Shown here piece by piece: positions 56,383 to 64,000 of a DNA stretch of 64,000 bases. This DNA is from an uncultured Acidimicrobiales bacterium. Its GTDB lineage: Bacteria > Actinomycetota > Acidimicrobiia > Acidimicrobiales > SHLQ01. The position numbers and the translations under genes were made by a program. Positions within the stretch are counted from its first letter, which is position 1. The number at the start of each line of letters is the position of its first letter. The DNA is taken from contig CALLAA010000050.1 in assembly GCA_938002955.1 (NCBI GenBank), positions 7,177-71,176 on the forward strand. Reading direction: 5' to 3'. Below the pieces are notes generated by a model. It saw only the letters and a program-made list of their open reading frames with translations. It searched no databases and was not told the origin of the DNA.

Positions 56383-57450
56383 TCAGACACCATTTGTAAG
56401 GAGCTCCTCGAGCGCCTGATACGTCATCACCAGGGGCACCTCATTGAGGTGCTCCTGTTGCGTGTGGGCCAACGTTGGCTCACCGGGGCCAAAGTTCACG
56501 GCCGGGATGCCCTGTTCGGCAAAGAAGGCAACGTCGGTCCAGCCGAGCTTGGCCCGAACCAAGATGTCGTTGCGGCCAATGAACGATGCCATGAGTGGAT
56601 GACGCAGATCGGGCATTGCGGCCGGGCTCATGTCGGTCAGTTCGAATGTGTCCCCGTCACGCATGTAGGGCTCGACGATCGACCGAACAAACGATTCGGC
56701 TTCGTGTGGCGAACGGTCGGGGGCAAAGCGATGGTTCACGGTGACGGTGACCGCGTCGGGCACCACGTTGCCGGCAACACCACCCTCGATAAACACTGCT
56801 TGCATTGCTTCGCGGAACTCACAACCATCGATCACCGGCGTGCGATGTTCATAGGCCTCAAGGGCGGTCAAAAGCTCACCGACCCGGTGGATTGCGTTGC
56901 TGCCCATCCACGGGCGAGCGGTATGGGCGCGAGCACCACGTAACGTGATGCGAGCGCGCATAGTTCCTTGGCAGCCAGCTTCGACGACGGCATCGGTGGG
57001 CTCGCCAAGGATGGCGACGTCGGCGGCCAACAACTCGGGCACATCGCGAAACAACTCGCGTAATCCGTTGTGCTCGACCGCGACTTCTTCGCGTGCATAG
57101 AACACGTAGGTAACATCAACGGCCGGTTCTGTGACGGTGCGAGCAAGCTCGAGCATGACCGCCAGCCCACCCTTCATGTCGGATGCACCAAGGCCGTGAA
57201 GCACCGATCCCTCGATCCGCGCCGTTGCGTTGTCATTCACCGGGACGGTGTCGAGATGGCCACCGATCGCGAGGCGGAACTGGCGACCCAAGTTGGTGCG
57301 GGCAATGATGTTGTCGCCGACTCGGGTGACCTCGAGACCGGGGACGGCCCGAAGCTCGGCCTCGAACCAGTCAGCGATCGGGCCTTCGTTAAAGCTCACC
57401 GAGGGCATATCGATGAGGTCAGCGGTCAGATGCAGCAGAGGGTGTGCCAT
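56383..57450 (-). CDS. dapE: Succinyl-diaminopimelate desuccinylase
   Basis: GHLDTVP, DMKGG, EE, GWTDV, FGPG..AH. Confidence 0.93.
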   Translation of the reverse strand: MAHPLLHLTADLIDMPSVSFNEGPIADWFEAELRAVPGLEVTRVGDNIIARTNLGRQFRLAIGGHLDTVPVNDNATARIEGSVLHGLGASDMKGGLAVMLELARTVTEPAVDVTYVFYAREEVAVEHNGLRELFRDVPELLAADVAILGEPTDAVVEAGCQGTMRARITLRGARAHTARPWMGSNAIHRVGELLTALEAYEHRTPVIDGCEFREAMQAVFIEGGVAGNVVPDAVTVTVNHRFAPDRSPHEAESFVRSIVEPYMRDGDTFELTDMSPAAMPDLRHPLMASFIGRNDILVRAKLGWTDVAFFAEQGIPAVNFGPGEPTLAHTQQEHLNEVPLVMTYQALEELLTNGV

Positions 57451-57487
57451 GTCAAAAGACTAACGTTTACGACCGCTCACCCACGGC

Positions 57488-58603
57488 TCAGGACATCGAC
57501 GACGTCAGGCGTTCAGCTGCGAGTGCGATCGCGTCGATTGGCTGGACCACGGCAACACGGACATGGCCCGCCCCGGGCGGACCATAGAACTCTCCCGGCG
57601 AAACAATGATGCCGGCGTCCTCGGCGAGGCGACGTGCGAGGGCCCAGGCGTCTCCATCTGGGGCCTTCGCCCAAACATAGAAGCCGCCTTCGGGCATGTT
57701 CGCCTCGATGCCGAGCGATGTGAACAGCTCGACCATCGCCCGCAATCGGGCCTCGTAGAGATCACGCTGGGCAACGACATGTTCCTGGTCGCTGAAGGCC
57801 ACAACGGAAGCGGCTTGGTTCGGGCCGGGCACCATGGCGCCGGTGTGTTTACGAATCTCGGTGAGCCAATGCACGAGCTCGGGGTCGCCGGTGTAGAAGC
57901 CGGATCGAACCCCTGCAAGGTTCGAGCGCTTCGAGAGGCTATGGACCGACAGCACACCCTCAACTCCGGATTCGAGGATCGTCTTGGCCGGTCCGTTCCA
58001 TGTGAACTCGATGTAGCACTCGTCGCTCGCAATAGGCACGCCGTTGGCCCGACCCCACGCAGCAACAGCGGGCAGGTCCTGCAGTGCGCCAGCCGGATTG
58101 CCGGGGCTGTCGACCCACAGCACGATCGCCCGTTCAATGTCCGCTGGATCGATCTGGTCGAGTCGTAGACGCCAGTGTTCGTCGACGGGAACAGCGACGG
58201 ATCGGCCGTGCGCAAGGTCGGCGCCCATTGCGTAACTCGGATACGACACTGCCGGGTAGAGCACCGTGTCCTTCGACGGATCTTTCAGCCGGAGAAGGTG
58301 AGGCAGCCCAGCAACAAACTCTTTGAGCCCCATCGTCGCGCCGATCTGCGACGGTTCGATAGAGACACCGAACTGTGTATCGAGCCACGTCGATGCTGCC
58401 GTGCGGAAGTCGAGGGTGCCCGGCGACGGCGGGTATCCCCGCTCGGCGTTCGACGATGACAGAGCCGCAACTACAGCCGGAGGCGGCGCGTCGTAGGGGG
58501 TGCCGATCGACATATCGATGGCGGCGCCAAACTTCTCGGCGGCGAGCCCTCGCAGCTCGTTGAGACGGTCGTACGGATAGGGCGGAAGATCGAACGCTTT
58601 CAC
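57488..58603 (-). CDS. dapC: Succinyldiaminopimelate transaminase
   Basis: SIGTP.D, SDECY, HSLSKRSNLAG; adjacent to dapE. Confidence 0.88.
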   Translation of the reverse strand: MKAFDLPPYPYDRLNELRGLAAEKFGAAIDMSIGTPYDAPPPAVVAALSSSNAERGYPPSPGTLDFRTAASTWLDTQFGVSIEPSQIGATMGLKEFVAGLPHLLRLKDPSKDTVLYPAVSYPSYAMGADLAHGRSVAVPVDEHWRLRLDQIDPADIERAIVLWVDSPGNPAGALQDLPAVAAWGRANGVPIASDECYIEFTWNGPAKTILESGVEGVLSVHSLSKRSNLAGVRSGFYTGDPELVHWLTEIRKHTGAMVPGPNQAASVVAFSDQEHVVAQRDLYEARLRAMVELFTSLGIEANMPEGGFYVWAKAPDGDAWALARRLAEDAGIIVSPGEFYGPPGAGHVRVAVVQPIDAIALAAERLTSSMS

Positions 58604-58653
58604 GGGACCGAGCCTATTCGATCGCTCCCGTGGCCCAGCAGCACAGTTGTCGG

Positions 58654-60045
58654 CTATTCCCAGGGTTCGGGAACGGCCTCCGGGACCGTGTCCGGTCCGG
58701 ACAACCAGTCGGCGAGCCGGCCCTTGGAGTCCGGGTCGAGCCGTGCGCGAACCGTGATGCCGTTCTCGCCAGCGACTTCGGTGAGTACCTGACCTTCTCG
58801 GTGGATCTTGGCGAGCACGTCGCCACGGTCGTAGGGGACGGTCAGCTCGACGAGTTCGGTCATCGACCGGAGACGATCGCCAATAGCCTCGAGCAACGTG
58901 TCGATACCGGCTCCGCTGTGGGCCGAGACCGCAACCGACCCCGGGTATCGCAGCTGCATACCCGCAACGTCGGGCTCGATGTCGATCTTGTTGAAGACCA
59001 TCACCTCGGGGACATCGTTTGCTCCAATGGCCTGCAACGTCCGCCGAACGGCGTCGATATTGCCTTGGATATCTGGCGCCGATGCATCGACGACGTGCAA
59101 GAGCAGATCCGCATCGATCACGACATCGAGTGTGCTCTTGAACGCCTCGACGAGTTGCGTCGGTAGTTTGCGGACGAAACCGACCGTGTCGGTGAGAAAG
59201 ATCATCTCTCCGCCGGGCATCGACAGCTTTCGCGTCGTGGCATCGAGGGTTGCGAATAGGCGGTCTTCGGCAAGTACACCGGCATCGGTCAGCCGATTGA
59301 GCACCGAGGACTTTCCAGCGTTTGTGTAGCCGACCAACGCAACGCGACGGTTCGAGGTGCGCTTGCGGGCTTTGGACTGAACGTCACGGTTCTTGGCCAG
59401 CTTTCGCAGATCATCTTCGAGCTTGTGCACCCGACGGACGAGACGTCGTCGGTCGACCTCAAGCTGAGTTTCGCCAGGACCTCGCGTACCGATACCGCCA
59501 CCTTGCTGGGAGAAGGTCCGAGCCGAGCTCCGAAGGCGAGGGAGTCGATATTTGAGCTGGGCCAGTTCGACCTGGGCCTTACCTTCCGTGCTCGATGCAT
59601 TCTGCGCGAAAATATCGAGAATCACCGCCGTTCGATCGAGTGCCGAGCGTCCGAGAAGCTTCTCGAGGTTGCCTTGCTGCGCTGGCGACAGCTCGTCGTC
59701 GAACACGACGGTGTCGGAGTCCGTCGCAAGCGACATGTCCTTGATCTCTTGGGCTTTACCCTTGCCAACGAACGTCGCCGGGTCGGGTGACTGGCGGCGT
59801 TGGTGGATGCGGCCGACTTCGTCCGCGCCGGCGGTATCGACAAGAAGCGCGAGCTCGTCGAGCGATGCGTCGGTCTCTTCGGCGCTACCGTCAGGCATCG
59901 TGACGCCGACGAGGACGATTCGTTCCCGGAACGTGCGATCGATAAGACCCGATGACTCGCCACCGTATTCGCCAAAGGCCCCTCGGTGATCGGACGTGAA
60001 GTCGTTTGGGTTGACCTTGCCCGATCCTTCGTAGTCGTCACCCAC
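58654..60045 (-). CDS. hflX: GTPase HflX
   Basis: GPGETQLEVDRR, GYTNAGKS, FATLD, DTVGF, NKID. Confidence 0.97.
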   Translation of the reverse strand: MGDDYEGSGKVNPNDFTSDHRGAFGEYGGESSGLIDRTFRERIVLVGVTMPDGSAEETDASLDELALLVDTAGADEVGRIHQRRQSPDPATFVGKGKAQEIKDMSLATDSDTVVFDDELSPAQQGNLEKLLGRSALDRTAVILDIFAQNASSTEGKAQVELAQLKYRLPRLRSSARTFSQQGGGIGTRGPGETQLEVDRRRLVRRVHKLEDDLRKLAKNRDVQSKARKRTSNRRVALVGYTNAGKSSVLNRLTDAGVLAEDRLFATLDATTRKLSMPGGEMIFLTDTVGFVRKLPTQLVEAFKSTLDVVIDADLLLHVVDASAPDIQGNIDAVRRTLQAIGANDVPEVMVFNKIDIEPDVAGMQLRYPGSVAVSAHSGAGIDTLLEAIGDRLRSMTELVELTVPYDRGDVLAKIHREGQVLTEVAGENGITVRARLDPDSKGRLADWLSGPDTVPEAVPEPWE

Positions 60046-60850
60046 GCGGAACCTCGACGCTTCCGACGAAGGTGGCCGTGCCGCTCAGCACCGCCGTAGG
60101 CCGATCCTCGGTGGCGACATCGACGACCGCCGACCCGCCTGGCATGGAGACGCTGACCCGCTCCCCGGCCGCGCCCCAGTCGTGCATACGCTGCGCCGAG
60201 ACCGTGGCTCCTGAACCACACGCCTGGGTAATACCAGCACCGCGTTCCCAGACACGCAGGAGCACCTCGTCGGGACCTCCAGAGCGAACGAAGTGGGCGT
60301 TCACGCCGTGGGGGAAGTGTGCTTCGATCTGTGGTCCGACGTGGGCGAGATCGACAGAGTTGGGATCGTCGATGTCGATGACCACGTGCGGGTTTCCCAC
60401 CGCACCGATAGCCCAGCGATTCACGCCGTGAAGACCATCGATTCCGTCGAGAAAGTCGTTGGAGTCCGGGGCGTCGCCTGCGGTGACTTCTCCCATGTCG
60501 GTAGAGGCAAAGGCGACCTTGGGATCGGCGGTGCCTTCCAGCTCGCATGCCCGCATGCCGGCGAGCGTGTCGACGTCGATCTGCAATGCCGTCACCCCCC
60601 GTCGCATCGCCACTGCCTGGACGAAACAACGAAGCCCGTTGCCGGAGATCTCGGCCGCCGAACCGTCGTTGTTGAACAAACGCATGACTGGATTCGACCC
60701 GGTATCACTACCAAAGATCAGCCCATCGGCACCGATACCGGTTCGCCGATTGCACAGCTCGACGGCGAGCGCAGGCGCGTCCGATGGAACCTCGTCGACA
60801 AAGGTGACAAGAAAGTCGTTTCCGAGCCCGTGGTGTTTCGTCAGGTGCAT
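60038..60850 (-). CDS. dapF: Diaminopimelate epimerase
   Basis: KHHGLGNDF, GADG, EISGNG, GNPH, ERGAG.TQACGSG. Confidence 0.93.
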   Translation of the reverse strand: MHLTKHHGLGNDFLVTFVDEVPSDAPALAVELCNRRTGIGADGLIFGSDTGSNPVMRLFNNDGSAAEISGNGLRCFVQAVAMRRGVTALQIDVDTLAGMRACELEGTADPKVAFASTDMGEVTAGDAPDSNDFLDGIDGLHGVNRWAIGAVGNPHVVIDIDDPNSVDLAHVGPQIEAHFPHGVNAHFVRSGGPDEVLLRVWERGAGITQACGSGATVSAQRMHDWGAAGERVSVSMPGGSAVVDVATEDRPTAVLSGTATFVGSVEVPRG

Positions 60851-60860
60851 GCGGCCTCCA

Positions 60861-61829
60861 TTATGGACGGGGTTCGCCGCTTTCGACGATCGCGATCGCC
60901 CGGGCGACAGCTTCGTCGTGCGAGATGCGACCCGACCGGTCGATATCGATCCAGTCGATCCGAGGATCACGCAGGAACCACTTCATCTGTCGTCGAGCAA
61001 ATCGGCGGGTGCGCACCCGTGCGGTTTCGAGTGCGTCGTCGAGCGGGATCTCTTGCTCGATGTGGCTAAGCAACTCCCGATAGCCGAGCGCCTGGCGTGC
61101 CGTCTTGCCGATCGGACGTTCCCGCTCGACGAGTGAACGAACCTCCGCGAGAAAGCCATCCGCCATTTGGACGTCGTACCTGGCGTTGATCCGGTCGATC
61201 ATGCGATCTCTGTCGAGGCGAAGTCCGAGCAGCCGAAACGGAACGTCGGGATAGTCCTCCATACCGGGCCCAAATGAAGAGAACGGACGGCCGGAACCAA
61301 TCGTGACCTCGAGTGCTCGAAGCAGACGCCGATCGTTGTTCGCATCCATACGCGACGCCGCTACTGGGTCGAGGCGAACAAGCTCGTCGTACAGCGCCGG
61401 CAGCTCATCGATTCGTTCATCGAGGGCAGCGCGCACCTCGGGATATTTGCCTGGCAGCTCGAGGGCATCGATCACCGAGCGAAGATAGAGGCCGGTACCG
61501 CCGACCAGAATCGGAATCGCACCACGGTCTGCAATGTCGGTGGCGACACGACGCCACTCGTCTTGAAACATCGATACCGCGAAGTCGTCCGCCGGGTCCG
61601 AGAGGTCGATGAGGTGATGCCGTACCTCGGCTTGTTCTTCCGCTGTGGGTTTTGCGGTACCGATGTTCATGTCTCGGTACACCTGCATCGAATCGATCGA
61701 GACCAACTCGACGTTGTCAATATGGCGCGCCACCGCCATGGCGACACCTGATTTGCCCGACGCTGTTGGGCCAAGAATGCACAGCGGTGGGGCGGGAAAG
61801 CGATTGGCCACGTCGGCCGAGGCCATCAT
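60861..61829 (-). CDS. miaA: tRNA dimethylallyltransferase
   Basis: GPTASGKS, DSMQVY, GGTGLY. Confidence 0.96.
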   Translation of the reverse strand: MMASADVANRFPAPPLCILGPTASGKSGVAMAVARHIDNVELVSIDSMQVYRDMNIGTAKPTAEEQAEVRHHLIDLSDPADDFAVSMFQDEWRRVATDIADRGAIPILVGGTGLYLRSVIDALELPGKYPEVRAALDERIDELPALYDELVRLDPVAASRMDANNDRRLLRALEVTIGSGRPFSSFGPGMEDYPDVPFRLLGLRLDRDRMIDRINARYDVQMADGFLAEVRSLVERERPIGKTARQALGYRELLSHIEQEIPLDDALETARVRTRRFARRQMKWFLRDPRIDWIDIDRSGRISHDEAVARAIAIVESGEPRP

Positions 61830-62383
61830 CGGAATGCGGCGACCACGCCATACCAGTCGAGGGTCGGGCCGTGGGGCAAGGTTCCACCCGCCTCGACGTA
61901 CCCATCGAGAAAGGTGGCAGCCACCTCGGAGGTGAAGGTCTCTGCGATCGACCGAATCGCAATCGAGAGGTCGCGTTCGGCGGGGTCGAGCCCCTCGGTA
62001 CCTGCGGGCTCAAAGGTCACCACCGAATCGACGAGCACCGCGGCCGAGACAATCGGCGCACCGTGGGTCAACACCGCCGTCGAGAGATCCGGACGGTTTT
62101 CAAGCATTGCCTGGAGCGTCTCTGGCCGGACCCGATCGAACGGCGCTGGCGGAAGCTCACCTCGCTCGACCATCGCAACAGCCGAGCGTGCCTCGCCGTT
62201 GGTTCGTCCGGTCAGTCCGGCCGGAGGTTCGCTGAGATGAAGCACTGCTAGAGCGCGTCCCATGGCGCGTGCGACGGGAAGTGGGTTTTGTGCGAACTGG
62301 GCATCGGTTGCACGTCCGTTGAGACGCAACCGTTCGAGATCATCCGGCAATGACTGGGATCTTTGTTCGAACTCGAGGGCCAC
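61826..62383 (-). CDS. Aminoglycoside phosphotransferase-like C-lobe, degenerate
   Basis: GRALAVLH, VLTHGA, G.DPAERDL, FLDGY; between miaB and miaA; start uncertain. Confidence 0.6.
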   Translation of the reverse strand: MALEFEQRSQSLPDDLERLRLNGRATDAQFAQNPLPVARAMGRALAVLHLSEPPAGLTGRTNGEARSAVAMVERGELPPAPFDRVRPETLQAMLENRPDLSTAVLTHGAPIVSAAVLVDSVVTFEPAGTEGLDPAERDLSIAIRSIAETFTSEVAATFLDGYVEAGGTLPHGPTLDWYGVVAAFR

Positions 62384-63797
62384 GCAGCACTTCACGCAGT
62401 TCACCGAGCATGTAGAACGGCTTTGCTTCGGTGACCTCGACCATGGCGAGCGCACCCGCTTTAAGGTCTCCCTCGAAGTGCAGGAGCTTGTTCTGTCGTG
62501 TCCGTCCAGAGATCACGCCCGGGTTGCGTTTGGACGGGCCTTCGATGACCACCTCTTCGAGACGGCCGATTCGAGCGGTGTTCTTCTTCTGTGCAGAGCG
62601 CTCGATCACCCGATGCAATCGTTCCATACGTTCTTTGGTGACCGCCTTTGGCACGAAGTCATCGACCAACTCGGCTGCCTCGGTTCCTTCCCGCGGCGAG
62701 AAGACAAACGTATATGCCAAGTCGTACTGGGCTTCGGCGGCGACCTCGAGGGTCCGGACGAAATCCGCCTCGGTTTCCCCAGGGAATCCAATGATGATGT
62801 CGGTGCTCACGGCTAGGTCGTCGATTCCGGCATAGGCAGCGTGGAGACGTTCGAGGTACCGCTCGGCGGTATAGCCACGGTGCATTCGCTTCAGGATCTC
62901 GTCGCTGCCCGACTGCAACGGGAAGTGCAGGTGGTTGCACACGGCATCGACTTCGGCCATCGCCGCAATCGTGTCCTCACGCAGATCCTTTGGATGCGGG
63001 CTCGTGAACCGAACCCGTTCGATCCCCTCGACCGCTCCGGTCGCCCGCATGAGGTCGGCAAAAAGTGGTCGGCCACGGCGACGCCCGGTCTGGGTCCACA
63101 GCTCCCCCGCTTCGTGGACGTCGAAGTCTTCAGGCTCACGACCGCCAAGCTTGAGCGTGATGTCGCGCCCGTAACTGTTGACGTTCTGGCCGAGCAGGGT
63201 GATCTCGGCGACACCATCTTTGGCGAGGTGTTCGACTTCTCTGACGAGATCACCAAACGGACGAGAGATTTCGGGGCCCCGGACCGATGGCACGATGCAG
63301 AACGCGCAGCTGTTGTCGCAGCCAATCTGGATCGTTACCCATGCGGCGTAGTCGACCTCTCGCTTTTCGGGGAGTGCCGAGGGGAACGCTGCGTGCTCAG
63401 CGTCGACGGCTGCTTCGAGGATCTCAACGATCTGGCCGTGCTCCTTACTCTCGGCCAGCAGTTCGGCGGCCCGGTGCACGTTGTGTGTTCCAAAGACGAC
63501 ATCGACATGACCGGCCTTCTCCGCGACGAGGTCCTTGTCCTTTTGTGCCAGGCAACCACCGACGGCGATCTGCATGCCAGGGCGCTTTGCCTTCTCGGCC
63601 TTGAGGTCGCCGAGCGCGCTGTACAGCTTGTTGTCTGCATTCTCTCGGATGCAGCAGGTGTTGAGCATGACGACGTCGGCCTCGCCAACGTCGGTTGTTG
63701 CTTCGTATCCCTCGGACTCGAGCAAGCCCGCGATCCGTTCGGAGTCGTGTTCGTTCATCTGGCACCCGTAGGTGCGGAGGAGGTACTTACCGGTCAC
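62340..63797 (-). CDS. miaB: tRNA-2-methylthio-N6-dimethylallyladenosine synthase
   Basis: GCQMNEHDS, CDNSCAFC radical SAM motif, TRAM domain; leaderless TAGACT-6nt-GTG. Confidence 0.97.
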   Translation of the reverse strand: MTGKYLLRTYGCQMNEHDSERIAGLLESEGYEATTDVGEADVVMLNTCCIRENADNKLYSALGDLKAEKAKRPGMQIAVGGCLAQKDKDLVAEKAGHVDVVFGTHNVHRAAELLAESKEHGQIVEILEAAVDAEHAAFPSALPEKREVDYAAWVTIQIGCDNSCAFCIVPSVRGPEISRPFGDLVREVEHLAKDGVAEITLLGQNVNSYGRDITLKLGGREPEDFDVHEAGELWTQTGRRRGRPLFADLMRATGAVEGIERVRFTSPHPKDLREDTIAAMAEVDAVCNHLHFPLQSGSDEILKRMHRGYTAERYLERLHAAYAGIDDLAVSTDIIIGFPGETEADFVRTLEVAAEAQYDLAYTFVFSPREGTEAAELVDDFVPKAVTKERMERLHRVIERSAQKKNTARIGRLEEVVIEGPSKRNPGVISGRTRQNKLLHFEGDLKAGALAMVEVTEAKPFYMLGELREVLRGPRVRTKIPVIAG

Positions 63798-64000
63798 GCC
63801 AACAGTCTAGAAGGCGGAATCGTCCGGCTGCTCGTGCGCAAAACGCACCAGACGCCCGACACGATTCGTGGCAGGCGTCTGGCGTTTGGAGGGGATAGAT
63901 GTGATCCGACCGTAGGCCGAGCCACGTACTACCTTCCTATCCTTCGGACCGGCCGTACGTCAATAAAGTTTTTCAGATCGATCTCGGCTGGCTTGGTCGC

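Noticed and set aside
60038-60850. DapF first catalytic Cys replaced by Ser (EISGNG)
   Set aside because: The rest of the enzyme and its dap/mia context are intact and I recall Ser variants in other DapF proteins; weak as a novelty without an alignment
63794-63925. 43-aa ORF whose stop overlaps the miaB start
   Set aside because: Runs through a terminator-like hairpin and the leaderless miaB promoter; no recognisable features

Overview
64 kb of a high-GC actinobacterial chromosome. Gene content and order (mshC, PIM genes, FAS-II, nrdJ, lexA-LysM) suggest class Acidimicrobiia, by inference. Mostly core genes: fabG-acpP-fabF, the thrS-HIT-pgsA-patA-pimA-pdxS-pdxT-yebC block, mshC, fabI, two CNNM/CBS genes, tRNA-Val(CAC), murF/ddl, aconitase-LysR, a carboxyltransferase, gltA, tdk, nrdJ, lexA and dapE-dapC-hflX-dapF-miaA-miaB. 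No mobile element or CRISPR array is visible. The ORF track misses several signals. (1) A TlpA/DsbE-type lipoprotein whose CxxC motif is encoded TGA-CCG-TTT-TGA (UPFU), followed by one SECIS-like hairpin: a candidate exported di-selenocysteine oxidoreductase. (2) A 37-aa signal-peptide-bearing gene (predicted mature SGTLEGAVGIWTG) overlapping the 3' end of a degenerate-STAND/TPR/BTAD regulator: a candidate peptide-signalling pair. (3) A rod-shaped ncRNA candidate upstream of that regulator. (4) Widespread leaderless promoters, with one or two genes apparently starting at ATC. A FAR-HAD / LarA-like / acyltransferase operon beside a divergent TetR gene may make ether or other alkyl lipids. All calls come from reading motifs; no searches were run.
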